DNA from: Nitrosopumilaceae archaeon
Lineage (GTDB): Archaea; Thermoproteota; Nitrososphaeria; Nitrososphaerales; Nitrosopumilaceae
Assembly (NCBI GenBank): GCA_965200155.1
Contig: CBDATR010000034.1
Location: 160,001-224,000, forward strand
Reading direction: 5' to 3'
DNA length: 64,000 bases
In this document: piece by piece, positions 33,517-44,643 of the stretch
Layout of the letters: every line of letters starts with the position of its first letter
Numbering within the stretch: the stretch's first letter is position 1
Notes under the pieces: model-generated
Databases searched by the model: none
What the model saw: only the letters and a program-made list of their open reading frames with translations
What the model was told of the DNA's origin: nothing
Program-made: the position numbers and the translations under genes

Positions 33517-33811
33517 TGGCCATGTAGACAGGGAATCACGATCAACTAGGGGCAGAGGAACAGGCTTACCCGTACCCGATGTAACCAGGAGTTTCATGCC
33601 GATATCAACGCGGTATTTAGTAACCGGTTCCCCTGCACAGGGCGGCTGAGTGTGTCCATTCACAGACAATACCAAATACGTTCGGCAGATAACATTACAC
33701 AGTAGAATAGTGACACCCGAAAACTAAACCGTCCCGAGAAAGATTGCCGTATACTGACATGAAATACAACTAAATAACATGTGTTGGCAACGATGATTAT
33801 TCCTATACAAC

Positions 33812-33979
33812 TTATATAAACTCTGTAAGCTCACACTTACCGCAAGTACGTCTGTTTTTGTGATTGGACATAAACACACCCCGGCCGCATCTTGAACAAA
33901 TTTTTCTTTCTCTCATTACTTTGTCACCCGCTATTTTGTAGTAGGTGTGTACCTTGGGACTGTATCCTTTTTTACTCAT
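33812..33979 (-). CDS. rps27ae: 30S ribosomal protein S27ae
   Basis: MSKKGYSPKVHTYYKI...CSRCG.GVFM..H..R.TCGKC; 55 aa, not in the ORF track. Confidence 0.92.
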   Translation of the reverse strand: MSKKGYSPKVHTYYKIAGDKVMRERKICSRCGRGVFMSNHKNRRTCGKCELTEFI

Positions 33980-34278
33980 TATTCCCCTTCCTCCTCGGAA
34001 CTATTCTCCAGCCTCTTGAACACTGTTGGATTAACATGCATTCGCGCCAATTTCTCGTCATCATACACATAGAAGGTGCCGGTAACGGTGGTTGTACCAA
34101 CATGATTACGGAGTCGTATTGGAAGTATGGTTTTGTCATGCAAGTTAAATTCGGAGACCACCATCTCAATTGCCTGACTCTTTTTCAGCTTGCCACCCAA
34201 TCCCACAAAGTCGCAGGTTATCTCTCTTCGTGAGAGTAAACCGTTTTTATGATCGGTGGACACTTGTATTATGGACAC
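33979..34278 (-). CDS. rps24e: 30S ribosomal protein S24e
   Basis: NGLLSRREI motif; coupled to rps27ae. Confidence 0.85.
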   Translation of the reverse strand: MSIIQVSTDHKNGLLSRREITCDFVGLGGKLKKSQAIEMVVSEFNLHDKTILPIRLRNHVGTTTVTGTFYVYDDEKLARMHVNPTVFKRLENSSEEEGE

Positions 34279-34600
34279 TACGAACTATCCATTATAGTTT
34301 TCATATAAACCTAAAGGATAGACCGTGTTTATTGCATAACTGACTTTGATTACAATCAATACAAGTTCACGTATTTGTAAATTTCCTGCGCAGATTGTAC
34401 TAATTATGGCTACGCGTGAATGAGCATGGGCGGACTCATGCCTTGTGTCGTGCATTTACTCCTCGTATGATGTGTCTGGATTCGCAGACGACGAATCACG
34501 ACGATTGGCGCACTCAAGCAAGCAATTAATACGTGACCTCATACCAATCATGTGCTTATGGCAGCAATTAGTTTTGCATAAATTTAGACATGTGCAAACA

Positions 34601-37256
34601 GTATGAGTTCACGTGTTTTGATCACATAATAAGATAGAATGCATCCCAGTTTTTTAATTATAATTGCATTCTGGCAGCAACCTCGTTCATTACAGAAAGG
34701 CCCTGAGCCCGCCATCTCTGAACACATGTGGACATGCGGCGCATTACACCCTTTATCTGGCCACTAATCTTGCGGAATACCACTGCGTATCAGAACCGGT
34801 TACACTGCTCCGCTGGATTGTTGGTGGGCTCCACACTGTCATATTCTAGGAATACGAACATGCCTGGTATGGCCTTATTCAATCCTTTTACCTTCTTTTG
34901 CAGTTCAGTATCCTCAACATCATAATACTGATGCATCTGCTCCTGTCTCAAATGAGTGTCGTAATTGCGCGGACGGCCCGCAGCGATTCACGTGCGCTCC
35001 GGAACAATTCTTTCAAATCGTTGTCAAGTTTGATCCGGGCGTCCTGATCACCGGGATCGATATAGAATCCTGCATGTAATATACTGGTATCGCGCAATAA
35101 ATGCGCCCAGATGGTGCTTCCCACCGTCATCAAACCGGCGATACACAACGTACCTGTCTGTGACTATCGCGCCCTGGTAACCGTTCAGGTATTTGCCCAC
35201 TACATATGAACTCCTACTTTTGTATATCATCCACTCTTCGGCCCGCATCCCCCATATCCAGCCACGCTTACCCGCCAGTGATATACCAGTTTCGTCCACA
35301 TGAATGCTGGGTGATTTTATTATATTCTCATAAATTGTTTCCATAAATGATTCGCATGCATCGGCGGCCCTGGCAATTATGTTGTTTACCTCACCCACCG
35401 ATATATTCAGGCCGAAGAGATCCCTCGAAATTACAGGTATGCGCTTTATTGGAATCTTTTCCGCACGCAATGCAGTGATGGCACCACATCTCAAAACCAC
35501 CACTCTCTGGGACGCCCGCTGCTGAAGCCAGTTGTTTTTTGCCGCACATACATGTGGCCATTTCTATCACATGAAGGGTCTACTCTATTCTGGCTGGTAT
35601 TAATTCCGTTATGTGTCGTTGTTTCCAACCACTTTTTCTCATTATATTGCCGGTATGAGTTCACGTGTTTTGATCATTCACTAAGTAGATTGGTATGGCA
35701 ATATTTTACTTAAATACCAAATTTGCAATAAGAATCTAATGAGAAGACGCCGGTCCTATAAGGAATTGGAACTGGAAAATAAACTTCTTCAGGATACCCT
35801 TGCGTCTACCGAGAAAGATCTTGCACATTACAAGGAACGTGTGAGAGTATTGGAAGCATATGTGTCCCGCACCACAAAAGAAATACGAAATCTCACACAA
35901 GATTTCCAAATTATTAGGAATTATGTAAATGAATTGAATGAGAAATTAAAAGAAAAACAGGGGAAAATTGCGGTACTCACAACGCGACTTAAATATTATG
36001 AGAATGCTCACTCGCCACCATCCCTTCAATCCCTCCAGTACAAGAAGCGAAAACAGGAGGAACAGAAGCAGGGAGATAATAAGAAACAGAAAGAAGCCAG
36101 TACGAAATCAGCCAAAAAGGCTGGCGCTCAAAAGGGACACAAGGGGGTTTCCCGTTCCCACAACCCCGGCAGAGTAGTGCATCACACCTTTGAGTACACA
36201 CCAATATGTGAGTGCGGCAATATAATGACAAAAATTGGTTGGAAACAACGACACATAACGGAATTAATACCAGCCAAAATAGAGGAGACCCTTCATGTGA
36301 TAGAAATGGCTGCATGCAAGTGCGGCAAAAAACAACTGGCCCCAGCAGCTGGCGTCCCAAAGAGTGGTGATTTTGGAGTTCAATTATGCGGTGCCATCAC
36401 TGCATTGCGTGCGGAAAAGATTCCAATAAAACGCATACCTGTAATTTCGAAGGATCTCTTCGGCCTGAATATATCTGTGGGTGCGGTAAACAACATAATT
36501 GCCGTATGAGTTCACCTGTGTCTAAATTTACGCATAACTGATCGCGACAGTTAATGTGATTTGTGCATATTCCGGCAGACGTACTCATACTATTGCCGCA
36601 CTCACATTGTGGAGTATGCTTAAAGGTATGACGCATTACTCTGTCGGGGTTGTGGGAACGGGAAACCCCCTTGTGTCCCTTTTGCGCGCCAGCCTTTTTG
36701 ACTGATTTAGTACTGGCTTCTGTCTGTTGCTTATTATCTCCCTGTTTCCGCTTCTTGTACTGGAGGGATTGAAGGGATGGTGGCGAGTGTGCATTCTCAT
36801 AATATTTAAGTCGCGTTGTGAGTACCGCAATTTTCCCCTGTTTTTCTTTTAATTTCTCATTCAATTCATTTACATAATTCCTAATAATTTGGAAATCTTG
36901 TGTGAGATTTCGTATTTCTTTTGTGGTGCGGGACACATATGCTTCCAATACTCTCACACGTTCCTTGTAATGTGCAAGATCTTTCTTGGTAGGCGCAATT
37001 GGTATGAGTTCACGTCTTCCGGAATCTTATGCACAAAAGAACCGGTTCTTTAACTGTCGCGATCAGTTATGCGTAAATTTAGACACAGGTGAACTCATAC
37101 CGCAATTGTATCCTGAAGAATCTGATTTTTCAGTTCCAATTCCTTATAGGACCGGCGTCTTCTCATTAGATTCTTATTGCAAATTTGGTATCTAAGCAAA
37201 TATTGTCATACCAATCTATACATCTTAGTGAATGATCAAAACACGTGAACTCATGC
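34601..37256 (-). mobile_element. IS66-like family A element (pseudogenised; probable parent of MITE-A) with nested insertions
   Basis: TIR GTATGAGTTCACGTGTTTTGATCA at both ends; HVDETG, VTDRYVVY, TNNPAE motifs; MITE-A at 37002-37100 (TSD CGCAATTG). Confidence 0.85.
35653..36590 (+). mobile_element. Hybrid unit: IS66-A left end + 5' transposase + MITE-A as right end
   Basis: Flanked by 8-bp TSD TATTGCCG; ORF 35739-36509 with YYENAHSPPS and GAQKGHKG. Confidence 0.85.
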
Positions 37257-37325
37257 CAATGATTACGCACAAAATCCAGTACTTTCGTGGGCTTCCGGAC
37301 CTATTTGAAAAATGTCCAATGTCTA

Positions 37326-38780
37326 CTATTCTACATAATGATGATGAACCAAATCGTCATAAAATCTGACCGATTTTATATTTACAAATTCTAGCATTCC
37401 ATACCTTGATAGCTCCCTTCCAAATCCACTATGCTTTATCCCGCCAAATGGTATCCTGGGATCTGACACAACCACATTATTCACACTAACTATTCCCGAC
37501 TCGATACGCCTGGATATCTTTTCTGCCTTCTGCAAGTTCTTTGTCCATATACTGGCGCCCAGACCAAACTCTATATCATTGGCAAACCTTATGGCCTCAT
37601 TCTCGTCCTCGACTATAGTTATGGGAGCAACGGGCCCAAAGGTCTCCTCTTTTACAATCCTCATATTCGGCTCTATATTGGAAAGTATGGTCGGTTTGTA
37701 AAAGAATCCGTCCCTGTCCATCTGTGATCCTCCCAAGAGTATCTCTGCTCCCTTCTCTTTTGCATCTTCCACAATTCCCGAAATGGTATCAAGACTGTCT
37801 TTGCTTGAGAGAGGGCCAATATCTGTCTCCAGTAATGCAGGGTTCCCCACTCTCAATTGTGATGCCTTTTTGATAAACGCCTCTATGAACTCCTCTGCAA
37901 CGTTCTTGCTCACAAAGAACCGTTTTGATGCCACGCAGCTCTGGCCGCAATTGATGAATCTCCCCTTTACGGCACCCTCCGCCGCCTTCTCCACTTTTGC
38001 ATCATCCAGTACTATGAAGGGGTCACTGCCACCAAGCTCCAGGACACACTTTTTCAGGTTCCTGGCTGCCCTTTGGCCCACCTTTGCTCCTGCATTTGTA
38101 CTGCCGGTAAAAGTGACAGCGTTCACGTCCGAGTCAATCAGGTGATTCGCCGAGTCCACACTACCCACTACCGTCTGAAATATTCCCTCGGGTATACCGG
38201 ACTCGGTAAATGCCTTTTCGATCTCCAACCCGGACTGCAATGTAACCCTGGATGGCTTCATCACGATTACATTCCCGGCCATAAGACATGGCGCGGCAAA
38301 TCTTAGTGCCTGCCAGTAGGGAAAGTTCCACGGCATAATTGAGCCTATCGCGCCCAGCGGCTCAAACGTCAGAAAACTCTTTCTTGCATCTGTATTCAGG
38401 ACCTCGTCTGACAGAAAGACATCGCCATGATCCGCATAAAATTCCAGGGCCCATGCACATTTTTCCACTTCACCTATGGACTCCTTGAGCACCTTTCCCA
38501 TCTCGGCCGTTGCAACCCCTGCCAGTTCCTTCTTGTTCTTTTTCAGATACTCCACAAGGTTGTAGATGTGGACCCTGCGCTCCTCATAATCTCTCTTCCA
38601 TTTCGGAAATGCAATCTGCGCCTTTCTGACCAGATCAAACACACTGTCTTTTCCCATGACATCATACGTGGCAATATCTTTCTCCGTTGCCGGATTCACT
38701 GTAGTTATCTGACTCAGAAATCCAAGTTCCCATAAAACGTATTTGTATGTTTTTTCCCATGTCCTTTTACGCCTCTCCAC
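37326..38780 (-). CDS. NAD(P)-dependent aldehyde (succinate-semialdehyde-like) dehydrogenase
   Basis: PWNFP, FTGST, LELGG, GQSC, EETFGP motifs; true start probably near 38717. Confidence 0.9.
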   Translation of the reverse strand: MERRKRTWEKTYKYVLWELGFLSQITTVNPATEKDIATYDVMGKDSVFDLVRKAQIAFPKWKRDYEERRVHIYNLVEYLKKNKKELAGVATAEMGKVLKESIGEVEKCAWALEFYADHGDVFLSDEVLNTDARKSFLTFEPLGAIGSIMPWNFPYWQALRFAAPCLMAGNVIVMKPSRVTLQSGLEIEKAFTESGIPEGIFQTVVGSVDSANHLIDSDVNAVTFTGSTNAGAKVGQRAARNLKKCVLELGGSDPFIVLDDAKVEKAAEGAVKGRFINCGQSCVASKRFFVSKNVAEEFIEAFIKKASQLRVGNPALLETDIGPLSSKDSLDTISGIVEDAKEKGAEILLGGSQMDRDGFFYKPTILSNIEPNMRIVKEETFGPVAPITIVEDENEAIRFANDIEFGLGASIWTKNLQKAEKISRRIESGIVSVNNVVVSDPRIPFGGIKHSGFGRELSRYGMLEFVNIKSVRFYDDLVHHHYVE

Positions 38781-38961
38781 ACTACCGAGTCATAAAACCG
38801 AGACCAGTCACAGCTGTATGAGTTCGCGCCTTGATTATGCAAGTGCAATTTGTCCACATAAACTCATACCATGAGAATGGCAGTAAACACGTGAAACTCA
38901 TTCTGTTCCCTCATATGCTCTAGCACTGCCGTTACCGGACGAGAATGCGTGAACTGGTATA

Positions 38962-39144
38962 GTAGCCGTTTAGGTTGCTCAATTGATTCATGATACAATA
39001 CGGTAAGCATGAACAAACCGGCAGGGGATTGTACCCGCCATCAATATGCCGTCCTACCTTGTTATGCAAGTGTTCTGAAATAACAGGATTCAGTCTCTGC
39101 CCTGGTGACACATGGAAAAATGATTGGTCAAACTAAACGGTTAC
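38962..39144. mobile_element. MITE-B-type element
   Basis: GTAGCCGTTTAGG...CTAAACGGTTAC; similar to 58277-58467. Confidence 0.7.
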
Positions 39145-39203
39145 CATACTGAAGAAATACGCCTTTTCATATGGTTTAATAATTATAAGAAAACCATACG
39201 AGT

Positions 39204-39530
39204 ATGAGTGATGAGGAAGCGGCGGTTATTCCAGTAGAGGAGCCTGAAAAGGCAGAGGAGCATGATACAATATTTGTGGGTGGAAAACCGATAATGACTT
39301 ATGTCAATGCCACTTTAACCCAGATAAAATCTGTCCCATCGGTAACACTAAAGGCTCGGGGCCGCCGTATAAAACAGGCTGTGGATGTAGCCTTGACCAT
39401 ATCCAAACGCATGAATGCCGCCGGATACAGCATTGGGGATGTCCGCATATCGTCCAGTCCCATGGAGTCGCCGGACGGCAAGAACAGAAACATATCCACC
39501 ATAGAGATTGTTATCCAAAAATCTTCCTAG
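39204..39530 (+). CDS. alba: Alba chromatin protein
   Basis: IFVGGKP.M.YV, LKARG..I..AVDVA, ISTIEI. Confidence 0.9.
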   Translation: MSDEEAAVIPVEEPEKAEEHDTIFVGGKPIMTYVNATLTQIKSVPSVTLKARGRRIKQAVDVALTISKRMNAAGYSIGDVRISSSPMESPDGKNRNISTIEIVIQKSS

Positions 39531-39738
39531 ACGACTAATCTTGGGATTGGTGGCCGTCATAGCATTGGCCACCATATTTGCCACCCCGCCATGTTACGTG
39601 GAGACACAGGCACTTCAATTTGACATTGACCGATATTATGAGACCATGGATCCCGAGACCTGTGAAATACTGCTACATCGCATAATTGAGCATAACGAGC
39701 AGTGCAATGACAGCATTGAAATTTTGGACTGCGGCTAG
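39508..39738 (+). CDS. Small membrane-anchored hypothetical protein
   Basis: N-terminal TM, Cys residues. Confidence 0.55.
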   Translation: MLSKNLPRRLILGLVAVIALATIFATPPCYVETQALQFDIDRYYETMDPETCEILLHRIIEHNEQCNDSIEILDCG

Positions 39739-40658
39739 AGTAGAGCCGAGTACAGGAACGGTAGTATGGTGGTGGCCTCCGCATGCAGTGTAACCTGCCG
39801 TGCCTGGGTAGTTACCTTGCCCCACGAGACCGCTTCCCGTACTGGTGCACCGCTGAGGCTACCGTCAAACTCCGCGGCAGTAGTTATGTATAATGCATAG
39901 TCCAGTCCTCCACGATACTGGTTCCACCATAATGTATGATGCTTTGATATACCTCCGCCTATCATGAGGGCCCCGGATTTCTTTGCTTTGAATACCATTG
40001 ATGATAGCATCTCGCTATCTCCTGAAACATCCAGCATAAAGTCCTGGTGTTTCTGCGTGAACATCCATATCTGGCTACCAACCGAGCCATCCACTATGCC
40101 CGGCACTACAACCTTGGTGCCACTCTGCCGTGCGGCATACAGGAATGACGACTCGCCAGTATTCTTTCCTATCATGTCACAAATGTCCGCTGTAGTCATC
40201 CGGCGCACACCGGATTCATATTCTTCCTTCAAGTACTGCTGAATCTTTTCCTCGATAAGGGGTCCATAGCTGGACATGGGGACTAGCACGTTTCCCAGTC
40301 TGTGTATATCCTTGTCTACTAAATCATAATCGTCCATGGTAAAGGAGCCCTTGTTATATGATGCAAAATATCTGGCAATATCATGATCCAGTGCGCCACA
40401 GGTGGTAATCACCACATCAAACCATCCTCGCCGTATCATGTCGTGTATTATGCCTCGCAGACCGGTAGAAATGGTGGCCCCTACAAATGAAAGGAACCGT
40501 GTACAATCCGAATCCTGCAACATGGACTCCATTATGTCCAGACCTGCTGCCACATTAACCGACTGAAAACCTCCTGCCTCTCCCATCTGTTTTATGACAT
40601 CTTTTATTGTAGAGCCGGAATCAATCACAATATCTTTTACAGCCTCGGACTCCATCAT
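39735..40658 (-). CDS. dys: Deoxyhypusine synthase
   Basis: HRLGNV, GGGISKHH, DGSLSGA, EAVSWGK. Confidence 0.93.
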   Translation of the reverse strand: MMESEAVKDIVIDSGSTIKDVIKQMGEAGGFQSVNVAAGLDIMESMLQDSDCTRFLSFVGATISTGLRGIIHDMIRRGWFDVVITTCGALDHDIARYFASYNKGSFTMDDYDLVDKDIHRLGNVLVPMSSYGPLIEEKIQQYLKEEYESGVRRMTTADICDMIGKNTGESSFLYAARQSGTKVVVPGIVDGSVGSQIWMFTQKHQDFMLDVSGDSEMLSSMVFKAKKSGALMIGGGISKHHTLWWNQYRGGLDYALYITTAAEFDGSLSGAPVREAVSWGKVTTQARQVTLHAEATTILPFLYSALL

Positions 40659-40719
40659 TTCATGTCACCGGTCTAGGGTATAAAATTCTTGAACTGCTAT
40701 AATAGCGATTGGAAGCGCC

Positions 40720-41961
40720 TCACCCATGCTTGTAATTGAATAGCCTGGCCGCCGCATTAACCAACTCCTTGTCATTATGCTCTGATGCTAGCCGTATCGC
40801 GCCGGTGGGCTCAGCTATCATGTTCTCCAGTATGGCGCGACTCATGTCGGTCATGATCTGTACGTGTCGCGGATCCTTCTCGCCCAGCATACGCAGCGCC
40901 TTTGCAAGCTCCCGTTCCCGTATCCTGTCCATGCCCTGGAATATGTGGCTGATTAGCGGCTCGGCCTCCAGCCTGTGCATGGATGCCTCAAGGGCCGGGA
41001 CCTCATCTGTAATGGCATTTCTTATGGTTTGGGCCTTGCGAGAACGATCCTTGAGGTTGCGCTCAACCATCTCGCCTATCTGATCCAAATTCATTAGCTT
41101 GATTCCCGGTATATTGGCAATACGCTCATCAACGGCTCTGGGATTGGAGAGATCCAGTATCATGCTGCCCCTTGTATTATCCTGTGATGCTTTTACCGCG
41201 TCATATGCTACCAAAAAGTAGGGCGCCGTAGTTGCCACAAACATCACATCATATCTTCTAAAGTCGCCCAGCACATCCTCAAAGCGTACGGGAGTGCCGC
41301 CTACAGTATCACAAAATGCGGCAGCCCGTCTTAAAGTCCGGCTGGTCACATCAAAGTTATACTCCCGGCGCAGCAGGGATTTTGCCACCAGTGTGGAGAC
41401 CTCGCCTGTACCTATAACCAGCAGTCTTTTGGACTTCATATGATCCACATGCTCTTCTGCCAGTTTCACTGCCATGGAACCTACAGAGACTCCGGTGTGG
41501 CCTATTCCGGTATTATTCCGTACACGGGTTCCAATCCTTGTGGCACTGTCAAATAATTTGTTCAGGTACAACCCAGATGCTCCAGCATCCCGGGCTTGTG
41601 TTATGGCGTCTTTTACCTGGCCCAATACCTGTTCCTCGCCCAATACCATGGAATCCAGTCCCGATGCCAACATAAGCAGGTGCTCAATGGCTTTTGCATC
41701 CTCGCCTGTAATCATTTCCCTAAACTCTTCTGCATCCAGTCCCGTCAGCTCCGCCCATGCCTTGGTTATGGCGGTATAGTCTGTATCGGTAGCCCGCCCA
41801 TACAGCTCTATTCTATTACACGTCTGCACCAGGACGCATTCATCAAGGCCGCTCTCCTGGAATTTTTGATACGCCTTGATAGGGTCCTTGATTATAAACT
41901 TTTCCAGTCTGTGAACTGGTATTCTGTGATACGTCATGCGTGCATTCAGTATGTGCGTCAT
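40720..41961 (-). CDS. hemA: Glutamyl-tRNA reductase
   Basis: TCNRIE, SGLDSMVLGEEQVLGQVK. Confidence 0.95.
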   Translation of the reverse strand: MTHILNARMTYHRIPVHRLEKFIIKDPIKAYQKFQESGLDECVLVQTCNRIELYGRATDTDYTAITKAWAELTGLDAEEFREMITGEDAKAIEHLLMLASGLDSMVLGEEQVLGQVKDAITQARDAGASGLYLNKLFDSATRIGTRVRNNTGIGHTGVSVGSMAVKLAEEHVDHMKSKRLLVIGTGEVSTLVAKSLLRREYNFDVTSRTLRRAAAFCDTVGGTPVRFEDVLGDFRRYDVMFVATTAPYFLVAYDAVKASQDNTRGSMILDLSNPRAVDERIANIPGIKLMNLDQIGEMVERNLKDRSRKAQTIRNAITDEVPALEASMHRLEAEPLISHIFQGMDRIRERELAKALRMLGEKDPRHVQIMTDMSRAILENMIAEPTGAIRLASEHNDKELVNAAARLFNYKHG

Positions 41962-42482
41962 GTGTCCTCTCCCTGTGGGCGCGGGTTCTTCTGTATCATT
42001 CGCTCAAAGTCACGACCCATGGCGTTCACTATTCTGTCCCGGATGTCTCTCGCGGCTACAGGACTCCTGCCCCCCGTGGACACTGCAACCCGTACCCCGT
42101 TCCTCTCGGCTACTGCCACATGCGCATAATCGCTGATATCCGGATCACTGGCACTGTATGATATTATCCCCCGCGTCTTGGCATCATTCACCAAAAGGCG
42201 GTTCAGTTTGTGGTTGCTGGTCGCGGCTACCAGCAAATCCGGCCTAACCCTGTCCAGTACCGACTCGTCTGAAACATTGCCTTGCATCAACTCTACCTGG
42301 CCATCCTTGGCCATACTCATTATGTCATCGGAGTATACCGGACTGGCTATTGTTACATGGCACCCTTCCTTTGCCATCATTATTGCCTTGCGGGTGGCCT
42401 GCTTCCCGCCACCTATTACAAGCGCAGACTTAGAATCAATTCTAAGATCCACCATCATTATATCGCGAACTTGGCGTTTCAT
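41958..42482 (-). CDS. Precorrin-2 dehydrogenase (CysG N-terminal/SirC-like)
   Basis: VIGGG, VAAT, AVSTGGRSP. Confidence 0.88.
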   Translation of the reverse strand: MKRQVRDIMMVDLRIDSKSALVIGGGKQATRKAIMMAKEGCHVTIASPVYSDDIMSMAKDGQVELMQGNVSDESVLDRVRPDLLVAATSNHKLNRLLVNDAKTRGIISYSASDPDISDYAHVAVAERNGVRVAVSTGGRSPVAARDIRDRIVNAMGRDFERMIQKNPRPQGEDT

Positions 42483-42591
42483 ATTTATATATTAAAACCC
42501 TAGAAGGTGACCATCGTGCCATATAGATGACCATTTGATAATATGTGGCAAACTTCATAACAGTGAAATATCTAAAAGAGGTTGTAAGTAC

Positions 42592-42882
42592 ATGGCTACT
42601 GCTCTTATTATCCCCCTAATGCTAGCAGGAATCGCGGGACTGGCAGGATATTTGCTATATCGGTACGTTGTCTTTGATGCCATGTGCAAGAACTCGGTTA
42701 ATCGTATACTGCGCAATTATGACATACGCAAGACACCCGCGCAGATAGTGCGGGAGTTCCACGAGATACAGGGAGAGAAAATATCCGAGAGCCGTGTTAA
42801 AACCTTGGTAAAGATGTACAGGCAGACTAACCCGGATCAATTCCTGGAAATGTATGACGCCATACGTGAGAGAAGAAAGTAG
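42592..42882 (+). CDS. Hypothetical membrane-anchored protein
   Basis: N-terminal TM, basic soluble tail. Confidence 0.65.
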   Translation: MATALIIPLMLAGIAGLAGYLLYRYVVFDAMCKNSVNRILRNYDIRKTPAQIVREFHEIQGEKISESRVKTLVKMYRQTNPDQFLEMYDAIRERRK

Positions 42883-42914
42883 GTAGACAATATTCTATAG
42901 AATCACTCTGGCAC

Positions 42915-43971
42915 TCAATAGTACGAAAAGTAAGTCCGCTTAGGATCCGGCGTACAGTAGTTCAGATTGCACAAGCCAGATGGTAAAGAGAATAACAGAG
43001 GAATCAAGACAAAAGAGGCGTTGCCACAACCAAAATAGCTCAAGACCTGAGACAAGACACATACGAAGATTGTGAACCAGAGAACGGGAACGACTCAAGA
43101 TGGGCAGGCCCATGATACCAATCACCGCCACCCAGATACGAATGGTAACTGAAGCATACAGCAAGGATCCCGCCGGAGTAGTACGTATTGCAAAGAGGCT
43201 TAGACAGAATTACAATATATCGCGCAGTATATCGCATAATGAAAAAGAACGGTACGACAGTCTCATCACCTGCAGAGTGGGTACGCTATGAGCGTAAATA
43301 TTCCAATGCAATGTGGCACTGCCATGTCATGAAAAGATGAGCGCTTCAGGGGACTGAATCTCATAGATGATGCATCCAGGTGTATAGTCGGAGCTGCACT
43401 ATTCTAGCATGCAACCTCAGAGAACGCCACTCTATTACTGAGATTGGCAATAAAACGATTCGGCGCCCCTGCATCTCGGATAACGGCGCGTGTTTCGTAG
43501 GACAATAAAAGGGCAAAAAGAACTGGAAACCCACTATTCTAGGAAGAACTGCTGAATCAAGACATCATACTAATCAATTCCAGACCATACCACCCGCAGA
43601 CAAATGGCAAACTGGAGCGCTTCCATGGAATGATTGAGGACGAGGGGACTCTTATTTAAGAGTCCAATGAGATATAGCATTATGACAGTATGAGTTCACC
43701 TGTGTCTAAATTTACGCACAACTGATGGAACAGGTTGTTCTAGTTAATGTGATTTGTGCACAAGATTCCGGAAGACGTGAACTCATACTTATGACAGTCT
43801 CCGGGATTATATCGACTACTACAATGAGAGAAGGTTGCACTTCTCACTGGATAGATAACGGCGAAACACCACTCCAGGAATAAAAAGGCGACCCAGATAA
43901 TTATAGCAAATGATACAAAATGGATGGAGCGGGATGCCAATTACTAGCGGACCCACTTTTCATACATTACA
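42915..43971 (+). mobile_element. IS481-like copy E with MITE-A at 43688-43788
   Basis: 15-bp TSD GAATCACTCTGGC(A/G)C; MITE TSD TTATGACA. Confidence 0.92.
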
Positions 43972-44023
43972 GAATCACTCTGGCGCCACAAACGTTTAAT
44001 GTCGCATGTTATGGTTAAAATCC

Positions 44024-44143
44024 GGAGGAGTGATCGAGCCCGGCCAAAGTGGTCTATAGACCCTTGGAGATGCAGGACTTAAGATCAAAAAATGGGAGAT
44101 CCTGTCTTTTAGGAGTTCGCGGGTTCAAATCCCGCCTCCTCCA
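44024..44143 (+). tRNA. tRNA-Leu(TAA) with two introns (D-arm ~44049-44068; 37/38 44084-44098)
   Basis: Acceptor GGAGGAG/CTCCTCC, anticodon stem CAGGA/TCCTG, T-loop GGTTCAAATCC; mature length 85 nt. Confidence 0.85.
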
Positions 44144-44144
44144 T

Positions 44145-44531
44145 CTACTTGGGAACCTTGACTCCCTTGGCGATTAGCGATTCATAGACGTCTGGCAAAG
44201 CTAGCGCGTATCCTACATGCATACAGTTGGCCTCTTCACATAGCTGGCAGAATAGTATGCCATTTTGTATGACTACCTCTGCCACCCTGTTTCTTTCGTT
44301 GTCCAGTAGAATTACGCGGTCCTCATCCACAGACACCTTCTTCATTAGTGGCGCATGACGCGCCAGCAACTCGTTCTCCTGCATCCGCTCCTCTAGCATG
44401 TATGATACGTATCCTGAGAGGCTACGGATGCCCTTGTACGCTAGGGCGTCCCTGTTCTTGGTATATGTCTCGCTGAATCGGTTATACACGGACTCCGATA
44501 CCGTGATTGATTTGAATCCTTCTTTCGGCAA
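44145..44531 (-). CDS. Hypothetical protein (RHH-like N-terminus, CxxC...C.H)
   Basis: MPKEGFKSITVSE; FCQLCEEANCMH. Confidence 0.75.
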   Translation of the reverse strand: MPKEGFKSITVSESVYNRFSETYTKNRDALAYKGIRSLSGYVSYMLEERMQENELLARHAPLMKKVSVDEDRVILLDNERNRVAEVVIQNGILFCQLCEEANCMHVGYALALPDVYESLIAKGVKVPK

Positions 44532-44643
44532 TTTACATCACTACTTGGTATAGTATGGTACTGCTATATATTATTTACTTCATAAGATTGTACTTTTAAT
44601 TATGTCCAATGGGCATAAATGTGAGACTATTATAGTAATTGTA

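Larger units (their letters stand above)
29849..33660 (+). mobile_element. tnpB: tnpB TIR element copy 2, disrupted by an IS66-like element and five MITE-A copies
   Basis: Left TIR TA|TGGCGCCTACCATAAGTTTTTG; colinear with copy 1; right end not recognisable. Confidence 0.8.
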
